Source of the DNA: Alphaproteobacteria bacterium
GTDB lineage: Bacteria; Pseudomonadota; Alphaproteobacteria; UBA7887
Length of the DNA: 64,000 nucleotides
Assembly (NCBI GenBank): GCA_965216755.1
Contig: CBDCGL010000011.1
Span: 1,792,001-1,856,000, forward strand
Reading direction: 5' to 3'
The notes beneath the pieces are model-generated. The model saw only the letters and a list, made by a program, of their open reading frames with translations, was not told the DNA's origin and did not search any database. Within the stretch, counting starts at the first letter, position 1. Every line of letters begins with the position of its first letter. The translations under genes and the position numbers were made by a program. Of this stretch, positions 50,143 through 58,691 are shown in pieces.

Positions 50143-51237
50143 TCAGAAAACCGGAATTATGTCGGCCGGATCAAAAGCGACAGTCTCGCCGTCGATCCCG
50201 ATTTCAGGAATTGCTGGAAAAACAATGCCATACTTCTCAACTTCGCCTTTCAGCCGCAAAACCGCTTGGCGCCAGTTCTCTGCACGTTCCTCTAATGTCA
50301 ACAGCCCCAGGCCGGCATCGCGGGCACATGCTTCCAACAGCCGATGCGCCGGCAAGAACGTTTCCGGCAAATCCCAAAACTCGTCAGGCGGTTCATATAA
50401 AATTCCCGAAAGAAACACATAACCCGCTCGAATCTGTTTCGTAATAATTGCCTTGTTATCTATGTCTAAGTCAGGTAATATGTTACGTAACACTGTCAGA
50501 CATATTGCTAGGTGTCTCGCCTCATCTTTGCCAACGCAACGAAATGCTTCCTTGAGAACTGGTATAGTAGTACGCTCATTCATTGTATGAAAAAGATTAG
50601 CTGCAGCAATTTCTCCCATCAAAAAAGATGTGAACAATATCGCAAGTGGGTATTTGTGTACGCTGCCTTTGAATCCGTTCCAATAGCGAGCCCCGTTGTG
50701 GTAGTACCACTTGGCGTTATTCTGGGCCAAACGGCCAAGAGCGGTAGTGGGCGTGTGGCCGACCGGTCCGCCGGGGGTCAGAATTTGGATTGCACGTTGG
50801 CAGATTTCCTCGTGATTTACTTCATCGCGGGTGATCGAAAAGAAGCATTTGCGAATCGGATCCTCTTGATGGCTCTCATAGGTATGGATCATGGCCCGCG
50901 CAAATACCGCTGGCCCGGAACTATCAAACACTGACAAGAGCGCAAACCAATAGGCGATCGCGGCGCGTTGATCGGCCGAGAACGACTCGGGATCCAGACT
51001 GTCCCAAGGCAAGCGGTTCGGCGCCCAACCGGGATCACGCGCGCCGTCATAAATCTCAGCCAGTTTGGGCGTGTGCACGGGCCACTCGATCGGAAAGATG
51101 TTGTTGTCCGGGAAGGGCGGCGGCTCTTTCACACCGAACAGGATCTGTTCCGGCGACGGTGCCGTCGCGGCCCCGCTGGGCGGGCTGACCATGGCATCGG
51201 CCAGTTCCTCCGGGGACGTGTCGCGGAGATTCGTCAT
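50143..51237 (-). CDS. Ferritin-like diiron-carboxylate protein (hypothetical)
   Basis: Two ExxH motifs (RDEVNH, KDEARH) plus GEIAA in a helical context; start ATG 51237 with GAGG RBS. Confidence 0.75.
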   Translation of the reverse strand: MTNLRDTSPEELADAMVSPPSGAATAPSPEQILFGVKEPPPFPDNNIFPIEWPVHTPKLAEIYDGARDPGWAPNRLPWDSLDPESFSADQRAAIAYWFALLSVFDSSGPAVFARAMIHTYESHQEDPIRKCFFSITRDEVNHEEICQRAIQILTPGGPVGHTPTTALGRLAQNNAKWYYHNGARYWNGFKGSVHKYPLAILFTSFLMGEIAAANLFHTMNERTTIPVLKEAFRCVGKDEARHLAICLTVLRNILPDLDIDNKAIITKQIRAGYVFLSGILYEPPDEFWDLPETFLPAHRLLEACARDAGLGLLTLEERAENWRQAVLRLKGEVEKYGIVFPAIPEIGIDGETVAFDPADIIPVF

Positions 51238-51256
51238 GCCGTTCCTCTTGTCCCGC

Positions 51257-51994
51257 TCAACCACGGCCCACATAAAGTTGTTGGTGCGGTAAGACTATCG
51301 CCTTCAACATTTCCACGTTCGGTGGCAGCGTTGCCATCAGCAGCGCAACTTGGGCCAAGTCTTCCGTCGCGATCATCGGTTCCACATCTTGTGCACGTTC
51401 AGACTTTTGGCGCCTTTCCACCAAAATGTTGCCGGGGTCGAGGCAGCAACAGGTGATGCCGTGCTCACGTCCCTCCAACGCCGCGGCCTGGGTCAGCCCC
51501 CATATCCCATGTTTTGATGTTGCGTATGGCGCGCTGTCGGGGCGCACCCGCTGACCGGATATGGATCCGATATTTATGATCCGGCCGCCGCCTTGCGGTT
51601 TCATGATGCGAAAGGCGGCCCGTGTGCACAGGAATGGACCGCGTAAATTGGTCGCGAGCACGCGGTCCCATGCTTCCACCGACAATTCGTCCAACGGGCC
51701 ACCGTCGAAGGCACCGGCATTGTTAACGACAATGTCCAGCCGACCAAATCGGTCCTTGCAAGACTTGAACAACGCGTCGACTTGCTCAGGTGCGGTAACG
51801 TCGGTCGCCCGCGCAAAGGCTTCAGCGCCCAATTCTGTCATTTCATTGACGGCACCGTCCAATGTCTCTTGCCGTCGCGCTGCCAGCGCTAGATTCGCCC
51901 CCTCGCTTGCAAAGGCGCGCGCGATGCCCCGGCCGATGCCGCGGCTGGCGCCCGTCACGATCGCCACCTTGCCTTCCAATTTCGCCATTTCCAT
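51257..51994 (-). CDS. SDR family oxidoreductase
   Basis: TGASRGIG, NNAG, YATSK. Confidence 0.92.
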   Translation of the reverse strand: MEMAKLEGKVAIVTGASRGIGRGIARAFASEGANLALAARRQETLDGAVNEMTELGAEAFARATDVTAPEQVDALFKSCKDRFGRLDIVVNNAGAFDGGPLDELSVEAWDRVLATNLRGPFLCTRAAFRIMKPQGGGRIINIGSISGQRVRPDSAPYATSKHGIWGLTQAAALEGREHGITCCCLDPGNILVERRQKSERAQDVEPMIATEDLAQVALLMATLPPNVEMLKAIVLPHQQLYVGRG

Positions 51995-52102
51995 GCCCCC
52001 GAGAATTACGGCCAGCGAGCGCCCCCAAAGAGTCGTTTCGGTTTCGCTGACAACGCAAACACCGTATAGAGAGGGCGGTTTCGACACAAGACGAGGCCCG
52101 CA

Positions 52103-53296
52103 ATGTCACAAGCTGCCGGCAGCCAAGCCCTTTCGCGATTTCACGTACTTGATCTCACGCGCGTGCGCGCCGGGCCCACGGCCGTGCGGCAATTGGCAGA
52201 TTGGGGCGCCAACGTCATCAAGATTGAACAACCGCCGAAACCCGGCGAAGGCGACGGCATGGGCGGCCCACGCCATGGCCCGGATTTTCAAAACCTGCAC
52301 CGGAACAAGCGCGGCATCACGCTGAACCTAAAGGATTTGCGCGGCCTGGACGTATTCAAGCGCTTGGTCAAAAACGCCGACGTGGTCGTCGAGAACTACC
52401 GCCCGGCCGTCAAGGACCGGCTGGGCGTCGACTACGAATCGCTGCGCGCCATCAATCCACACCTGGTCTACGCGAGCATCTCTGGATTTGGCCAAGACGG
52501 ACCGTATCGAGACCGGCCGGGTTTCGATCAGATTGCGCAGGGTATGGGCGGGCTGATGTCGATTACCGGCTTGCCCGGGCAGGGTCCCGTTCGCGCCGGG
52601 GTGCCGATTGCCGACCTGTCGGCAGGTTTGTATGCCGCGATCGGTATTCTGGTCGCACTGCTCGAACGCGAGGTCTCAGGTAAAGGCCAGTGGGTGCAGT
52701 CCTCGCTTTTGCAGGCCCAGATCGCCATGCTCGACTTTCAAGCGGCGCGTTGGTTAATGAAAGCCGAAGTCCCGGGCCAGGCCGGCAACAATCACCCGAC
52801 AAGTATCCCGACCGGCGTTTTTGCGACCAAGGACGGACATATCAATATCGCCGCCTCGGGCAATGAGATCTTTGGCCGATTGTGCCGCACCATTGGCCGT
52901 CCCGAGCTGATCGAACATGCGGATTACGTCGACGATGCCGGTCGCTCCGAGAATCGCGACGCACTGAATGCCGCGCTTGAAGAGACGACCCGCACACGCA
53001 CGACTGAGGACTGGGTCACCACGCTCAACGCCGCCGGCGTCCCGTGCGGGCCGATCAATGCAATCGACCAGGTCTTCGCCGATCCCCAGGTCAAGCATCT
53101 CAACATGGCGCCCGCCGTCGACCATCCCGTTCTAGGCAATATTCAGCTGGTTGGCCAAGCTGCAATGCTCAGCCGAACACCGTCGCAACTGCGTGCGCCG
53201 ACGCCTGAGCGCGGCCAACACACCGACCAAGTCTTGGCAGAGTTAGGGCTGGAAGCCGATCAAATCGCCACTTTGCGCGCCGACGGCATCATCTAG
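52103..53296 (+). CDS. Family III (CaiB/BaiF) CoA-transferase
   Basis: LDLTRVRAGP, HRNKR, ENYRP, SISGFGQDGP, PIADLSAG (catalytic Asp), GQHTDQVL. Confidence 0.94.
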   Translation: MSQAAGSQALSRFHVLDLTRVRAGPTAVRQLADWGANVIKIEQPPKPGEGDGMGGPRHGPDFQNLHRNKRGITLNLKDLRGLDVFKRLVKNADVVVENYRPAVKDRLGVDYESLRAINPHLVYASISGFGQDGPYRDRPGFDQIAQGMGGLMSITGLPGQGPVRAGVPIADLSAGLYAAIGILVALLEREVSGKGQWVQSSLLQAQIAMLDFQAARWLMKAEVPGQAGNNHPTSIPTGVFATKDGHINIAASGNEIFGRLCRTIGRPELIEHADYVDDAGRSENRDALNAALEETTRTRTTEDWVTTLNAAGVPCGPINAIDQVFADPQVKHLNMAPAVDHPVLGNIQLVGQAAMLSRTPSQLRAPTPERGQHTDQVLAELGLEADQIATLRADGII

Positions 53297-53310
53297 CGAT
53301 GATTCTATGT

Positions 53311-53405
53311 TATTTCGGTGACAGTTTACTAAATACACAATATGTTGTAGGTTGGAAATTCCACTACCCAATATATAGTGTATTTAGTAAACTGTCACCG
53401 AAATA
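53311..53405. mobile_element. ~95-bp MITE/REPIN-like element, copy 2
   Basis: Perfect 28-bp terminal inverted repeat TATTTCGGTGACAGTTTACTAAATACAC (53311-38 / 53378-405); same arms as copy 1. Confidence 0.85.
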
Positions 53406-53510
53406 CAGCGTGAGCACCGCGCCGTACATTTGAGACGCGGTCATAATTTGAGTGGACGGCGCGACCCGCGCACGTTGATCTGTGCCGCAGATGCACACAG
53501 TTTCACTGTT

Positions 53511-54332
53511 ATGACCTCAACCTGCGATGATCAGCACGTCGCGTTGCGGCTGATGACATACAACGTGCATAGCTGCATCGGCGTCGATCTCCAACTTTGG
53601 CCAGCGCGAGTCGCTGACGTGATCCGGGCGCATCAACCCGATATCGTCGCCTTGCAGGAAGTCGATGTTGGACGGACCCGCACAGGCGCGGTCGATCAGG
53701 CTGCGATGATCGCCGCGCACCTCGATATGTCTCATGAGTTTTTTCCAGCCATTGATGGCGGTGACGGCCAATATGGTGATGCCATCCTCAGCAAGCATCC
53801 CATGGAATTGGTGAAAGCAGCCCGGCTGCCGGGCCTCGACCACAACTCGGATATCGAACCGCGCGGCGCTCTGTTGGTGCGCGTGAATGTTGGTGATCTC
53901 GCACTCAATGTGGTCAACACGCATTTGGGGCTGAGCGCCAAGGAGCGTATGCGCCAAGCGGACGCTCTGCTGGGGCCAGATTGGCTTGGTGGTCCGCACC
54001 GCCACGGGCCTCATATTCTGTGCGGCGACTTCAATGCCGTGCCCAATTCAGCGGTGTTTCGCCGCCTGACGCGGGCGTTACGCGATGCCCAAGCCGCCGC
54101 CCAGGGTCGCCGGCCGTACCGGACATGGCCCAGCCGTTTCCCCATCTTTCGCCTGGACCATATTTTGGTCAGCAACGAAATCGCAGTGGGCAGCGTGACC
54201 GTGGCACGCGATCGAGTCAGTCGCAAGGCGTCCGACCACCTGCCCGTGATTGCCTACATTTCCGTGCCTGTTGCGGCCGAATCAATTGCCGACATCGAAC
54301 GCGGACACAACGCCCACGCCATGGCGTCATAG
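53511..54332 (+). CDS. Endonuclease/exonuclease/phosphatase (EEP) family protein
   Basis: TYNVH, LQEVD, NTHL, GDFN, LDHI, ASDHLP. Confidence 0.92.
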   Translation: MTSTCDDQHVALRLMTYNVHSCIGVDLQLWPARVADVIRAHQPDIVALQEVDVGRTRTGAVDQAAMIAAHLDMSHEFFPAIDGGDGQYGDAILSKHPMELVKAARLPGLDHNSDIEPRGALLVRVNVGDLALNVVNTHLGLSAKERMRQADALLGPDWLGGPHRHGPHILCGDFNAVPNSAVFRRLTRALRDAQAAAQGRRPYRTWPSRFPIFRLDHILVSNEIAVGSVTVARDRVSRKASDHLPVIAYISVPVAAESIADIERGHNAHAMAS

Positions 54333-55352
54333 CCGGTGCAGATCCTTTTCGGCATCGAACGCGGCTTGCGCTTCGTCAAGCAACTCGTCCTCACGACCTT
54401 CATAACGCGCCGAAAGATGAAACGGCTCCAAACGCCGGACGCCGGCTCGCGCAGCCAACACGCCCGCCTGACGCGCCGTCAAGTGGAAACGATCCCGTCC
54501 CAAATCAGCGTCTTCCTCTAGAAACGCGGTTTCGATGAATAGCGTATCGGCATCGCGGACCAAGTCGATAATCCGTTCGGCGTTTCGTGGGTTGTAGGCG
54601 GAGTCAACGACATAGCCGATTTTTTGGCCAGCGGTCACATGCACCACGTCTTGGCGCAACTGACCTAAGGCGAGCGTGGCGGCGCCCGGCCGCCCGGGTT
54701 GCCTTGCAACCGTGATCGGCGTGTCATCGGGCCGGTCGGCGGCCAAGGCGCTTTTCAGCTCGGAAAGCCACGGCCCGACCACCAAGCCGATTTCTTCCAA
54801 TCGATTGCGGTGCACATTCACATGGGCCTTCTCGGTGACGGCATAGGCCAGACACGGAATCCGATGATCTAAGACCGCCGCGTGCACCGCCACCATATCG
54901 TCGGCAAAGACACAACCATCTTTAAGCGCAATCGTCCCGCGATCATGGGCGGTAAAACCATCGGTCAAATGAAACTCGGTCAGTTGCCCTTGCGCCCCGC
55001 TCAACGCTTCTAACACTTCAAATACGATCTCGGTGCTATAGCGGCCGACCAAATTCCAGCTGTAGCCGCCCAGCTTACTCGTAACATGCTGCGTGATACC
55101 TGCTGGTCCGCATAGGCGGATCGTCTTTTCGCGCCCGAGCCATACGCGCAAGCACAAATCGAATCCGATAAAATGGTCAATGTGGGCGTGGGATACAAAA
55201 ATGGCGTCAAGGCGATGGATCTTGCGGGGCGCCAGAATATGCAGGTCGCCAAGGTCGAAAAGAAGTGCGCGCCGCTGAAACTGCACGTCCACATACAACG
55301 CCGGATCGCCCGTGCGGCCATTGATCAGGGCCGGATGCAGCAACGGCGTCAT
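54327..55352 (-). CDS. Ribonuclease Z-like MBL-fold hydrolase
   Basis: NGRTGDPALY, LFDLGD, SHAHIDHF, LDHRIPC, HLT, FHLSARY. Confidence 0.85.
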   Translation of the reverse strand: MTPLLHPALINGRTGDPALYVDVQFQRRALLFDLGDLHILAPRKIHRLDAIFVSHAHIDHFIGFDLCLRVWLGREKTIRLCGPAGITQHVTSKLGGYSWNLVGRYSTEIVFEVLEALSGAQGQLTEFHLTDGFTAHDRGTIALKDGCVFADDMVAVHAAVLDHRIPCLAYAVTEKAHVNVHRNRLEEIGLVVGPWLSELKSALAADRPDDTPITVARQPGRPGAATLALGQLRQDVVHVTAGQKIGYVVDSAYNPRNAERIIDLVRDADTLFIETAFLEEDADLGRDRFHLTARQAGVLAARAGVRRLEPFHLSARYEGREDELLDEAQAAFDAEKDLHRL

Positions 55353-55418
55353 CGTATCGCCAACACAAGAGAACCGGCGATCCACCGGTTCTGCGGGTAA
55401 CCAAGCAGGGTCGGGATC

Positions 55419-56240
55419 ATGTCGGACGAGGCCTGTATTCGTTTCCTACAATGGTGTTTGCCGCAATTGGGATTCCGGTGGCCAGGATATCGCAAAGTCC
55501 GCGGAACGGTCTGCAAGCGACTCAAGCGACGGCTGTGCGCGCTTGAACTGCCAGATTTTGACGGATACCGGGTCTGGATCAATGAACACCCTGACGAATG
55601 GGCTGTGATCGACCAAATGTTCCGTATTCAGATCTCACGATTCTACCGAAACCGCCGCATCTTCGCGACGATCGGATCGGTTGTCTTGCCAAAAATCGCA
55701 CGCGCGGCGATGGATCAACAGCGGCAAACAGTCACATTTTGGAGCGCTGGTTGCGCCTCGGGCGAAGAGCCTTACAGCGTGATCCTCTCATGGCATTTCT
55801 GCGTCCGACACGCCTTTCCCGACATGCGTCTCGAAATCATTGCCACCGATGCGGAGGTCAAGGTCTTGGAACGTGCCCGACGCGGCTGCTTTAGCGACGG
55901 ATCGCTTCGCGAATTGCCAAGCGCTTGGCGCGACGCCGCATTTGTGCGCCGCCGCAACCAGCTTTGTTTGAAACCACAGTTTCGGCGCAATGTGCGGTTT
56001 CGGCGCCAGGATCTGCGCTACCGAATGCCGGCAGGACCATTCGATCTGGTCATGTGCCGCAACCTGGCCTTCACATACTTCGATGCCACTCTACGTGGGG
56101 CGGTCGCGGCGGCAATGGTCGGGCGATTGCGCATCGGCGGCTTTCTGGTGGTCGGCGCGCATGAGAGCGTGCCGCAACAGGCCCTAGGGCTTCGTCGTCT
56201 TGATGACTGCCGCGAGGTTTATGCTCGGCTAAAACGCTAA
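55419..56240 (+). CDS. CheR-type SAM-dependent methyltransferase (orphan)
   Basis: ISRFYR, WSAGCASGEEPYS, FDLVMCRN, GAHES. Confidence 0.9.
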   Translation: MSDEACIRFLQWCLPQLGFRWPGYRKVRGTVCKRLKRRLCALELPDFDGYRVWINEHPDEWAVIDQMFRIQISRFYRNRRIFATIGSVVLPKIARAAMDQQRQTVTFWSAGCASGEEPYSVILSWHFCVRHAFPDMRLEIIATDAEVKVLERARRGCFSDGSLRELPSAWRDAAFVRRRNQLCLKPQFRRNVRFRRQDLRYRMPAGPFDLVMCRNLAFTYFDATLRGAVAAAMVGRLRIGGFLVVGAHESVPQQALGLRRLDDCREVYARLKR

Positions 56241-56258
56241 CCGGCCAGAATTGGTGGG

Positions 56259-57143
56259 CTAAGCGGCGATTTGGCTAGGTATGCGTATCCTGCGTGCCTC
56301 GCGGCACATGGCAGTTTGGACTTTTTCAAATGCGCGTTGTTCGATCTGCCGCACGCGCTCGCGGCTGATTCCGTATCGCTCACTGAGCACTTGTAATGTT
56401 AGCGGTTCTTCGTTCAGGCGGCGCTCATTCAAGATATCGCGCTCGCGTTCATTGAGCGTATCCATGGCAGTGGCCAAGCTTTGCCGCCGCCGATTGAGTT
56501 CTTGTTGGGCACCGACAATTTTCTCTGGACTGTCCGACTCGTCGGCCAGCAATTCGACCCATTCCACGCCCGTCCCGTCGTCGCCCAACACGATATTCAG
56601 CGATGAATCCGAGGCCGCCAAACGGCGATTCATCGTCACCACCGCATCCTCGGGCACGTCAAGTCGTCGCGCGATTTCGGCGACGGTTTCGGGCGCCAAA
56701 TCGCCCTCCTCCAACGCCTGCAAATCCGCCTTGAGCCGCCGCAAATTAAAGAAAAGAGTCTTCTGCGCCGAGGTCGTCCCAAGCTTGACCAGCGACCAGT
56801 TGTTCAGAACGTACTGTTGGATCGAGGCGCGAATCCACCACATGGCATAGGTGGCCAACCGGAAACCGCGATCCGGGTCAAACTTGTGCAGAGCCTGCAT
56901 GAGACCGACATGGCCTTCGGATATCAAATCGCTGAGCGGCAAGCCGTAGCCGCCATAGCCCTTGGCGATCTTTACCACCAAACGCAGGTGACTGCCCATT
57001 AACGCGTCCAAGGCGGTGCGATCAGCCGAATCGCGCCAACGGCGACCAAGCTCACGCTCTTTCTCAACGGTTAAATACGGGTATTTGGCAACCTCTTCGA
57101 GATAAGTGCCGAGACTGTCCATACGCGCGTTGTCCAAAGTCAA
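56259..57143 (-). CDS. rpoH: RNA polymerase sigma-32 family factor
   Basis: HLRLVVKIA, GYGL, FDPDRGFRLATYAMWWIRA, RpoH box QKTLFFNLR, SRERVRQIE; TTG start with GGAGG RBS. Confidence 0.93.
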   Translation of the reverse strand: MTLDNARMDSLGTYLEEVAKYPYLTVEKERELGRRWRDSADRTALDALMGSHLRLVVKIAKGYGGYGLPLSDLISEGHVGLMQALHKFDPDRGFRLATYAMWWIRASIQQYVLNNWSLVKLGTTSAQKTLFFNLRRLKADLQALEEGDLAPETVAEIARRLDVPEDAVVTMNRRLAASDSSLNIVLGDDGTGVEWVELLADESDSPEKIVGAQQELNRRRQSLATAMDTLNERERDILNERRLNEEPLTLQVLSERYGISRERVRQIEQRAFEKVQTAMCREARRIRIPSQIAA

Positions 57144-57338
57144 TCGTCCTCCAATTCCCTTTCCACGGTTTGGGCCGCACCGAGCGACATCGGTCGCCCT
57201 CTGTTTGCGGATCTCTCTTTCTAGTTCCTATTACGCGCCGAAACACCACATCGGATGACGTCCGGCTTGCACTTCCGGAACACGATGACGAGAGCGAGAT
57301 CCAATTTTTGTGCAGTATTTGGCCCTGTTCGCCCCTTT

Positions 57339-57369
57339 ACGTGGGGAACATATGCGGAACTTTCAAGGG
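57339..57369 (-). promoter_or_regulatory. Sigma-32-type promoter upstream of rpoH
   Basis: CCCTTGAA-N15-CCCCACGT, versus consensus CTTGAA-N13-17-CCCCATnT. Confidence 0.65.
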
Positions 57370-57453
57370 ATGCAACGCCCTATGGTTGTGTTCAGTGCGG
57401 GAAATATCCATTAAGCAATTGAAACATAACAAATTATGATAAAAGGCGGCAAA

Positions 57454-58683
57454 CTATGCTGAACTGCGCGGTTCAACTGCGACGCCGTCGACCACAAGGT
57501 CACTGGGATAAATCACAACCACATCGCCAGCCGCCAAGCCGCCATTGACTTCTGCCTCCACACCGCTGCGGTGGCCAATTTCGACAATCTGGCTGCGTGC
57601 GCGACCGTCTTGGACAACAAATACGGCCCAGCGATCGCCCAACCGAAACAGCGCGCTGACCGGCACTTTGAGGACGTTGTCAGCTTGCCAAACAATTATG
57701 CGGGCGGTGACCCGATAGCCATGTCCGAGCGGCCGCCAAACCTCCGGCGGATCGGTGAAATCGACGATCACATTGACCCTTTGTTCTTCGACACCGAGCG
57801 CGGACACTTTGGTGAACCCATAGGGCTCGACACGCGCGATCTCGCCGGTCAGCGCCGCCGTCCCGCCCCAGTCGTCGATGAGCACGGGCGCGTCGGGCGC
57901 CACTTGAACCGCGTCGCTGGACAGCAGCTCGGCAACAATTTGTAGGTCTTGCGGATCCCCGATTTCTACCAATGGGGTGCCGGCGCCGACCACGGCCTCG
58001 CTTTCGTGAAACACCCGCAAGACCCGACCATCGACGGGCGCGGTCACTGGCACGCAGCAATTCTCCGCGTTGTCCGCGTTGTCACTTGTTGAGTCTGGCG
58101 TGCCGGGGTCGATCAGCGCGGCGCGCGCCGTCTCCAATTCGAAACGCTGCATGGCAACGGCCGCTACTGTCGTTTCCAATGCGGCCCCGCGCGATTTGGC
58201 GTCGAGCACAGCACGATCAAGCGCGGCTTTGCTGATCGCTTCACGCGCCACCAAAGATTCGGCGCGACGCAATTCAGACTGTGCGTAGCTCAGCTCAGCT
58301 TGCGCCCGTTCACGATCAGCCTCGGCCAAGGTCAGCGCGGCTTCGGCGGCCTTGACCGCCGCCTCGCGCTCGCGCCGACTGCGGATGTCTAGGAACGCCG
58401 GCGCCGTGGGTTCGATCATGGCAATCACGGTTTCGCCGGCGGAAACGAAATCGCCGGCTTCGACATCGGTGCGAAGCGCGCGACCGGCCAGTGGCGATGA
58501 CACCACATAGACATCCTTGACCCGCGTCCGGCCTTCTTCGTCGATCGTCACACGCAATGGTCCGTGCACCACAGACGCGATGTCGACCGGCACGGGTTGC
58601 GGCATGAAGGCGAATACCAAGCCAGCCACGACCACGGCCAAAACAACTCCAATCCCCAGGGCGCGCCGCCACGAACCAATCAT
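57454..58683 (-). CDS. Efflux periplasmic adaptor (MacA/HlyD-like)
   Basis: N-terminal TM helix, lipoyl-like halves flanking a coiled coil, SALGVEEQRV, VPVSALF. Confidence 0.9.
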   Translation of the reverse strand: MIGSWRRALGIGVVLAVVVAGLVFAFMPQPVPVDIASVVHGPLRVTIDEEGRTRVKDVYVVSSPLAGRALRTDVEAGDFVSAGETVIAMIEPTAPAFLDIRSRREREAAVKAAEAALTLAEADRERAQAELSYAQSELRRAESLVAREAISKAALDRAVLDAKSRGAALETTVAAVAMQRFELETARAALIDPGTPDSTSDNADNAENCCVPVTAPVDGRVLRVFHESEAVVGAGTPLVEIGDPQDLQIVAELLSSDAVQVAPDAPVLIDDWGGTAALTGEIARVEPYGFTKVSALGVEEQRVNVIVDFTDPPEVWRPLGHGYRVTARIIVWQADNVLKVPVSALFRLGDRWAVFVVQDGRARSQIVEIGHRSGVEAEVNGGLAAGDVVVIYPSDLVVDGVAVEPRSSA

Positions 58684-58691
58684 CGTTCGTC

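Noticed and set aside
50441-50660. Diversity-generating retroelement variable region, intron or intein
   Set aside because: No template repeat or reverse transcriptase; the patch encodes conserved ligand helices in frame rather than an insertion
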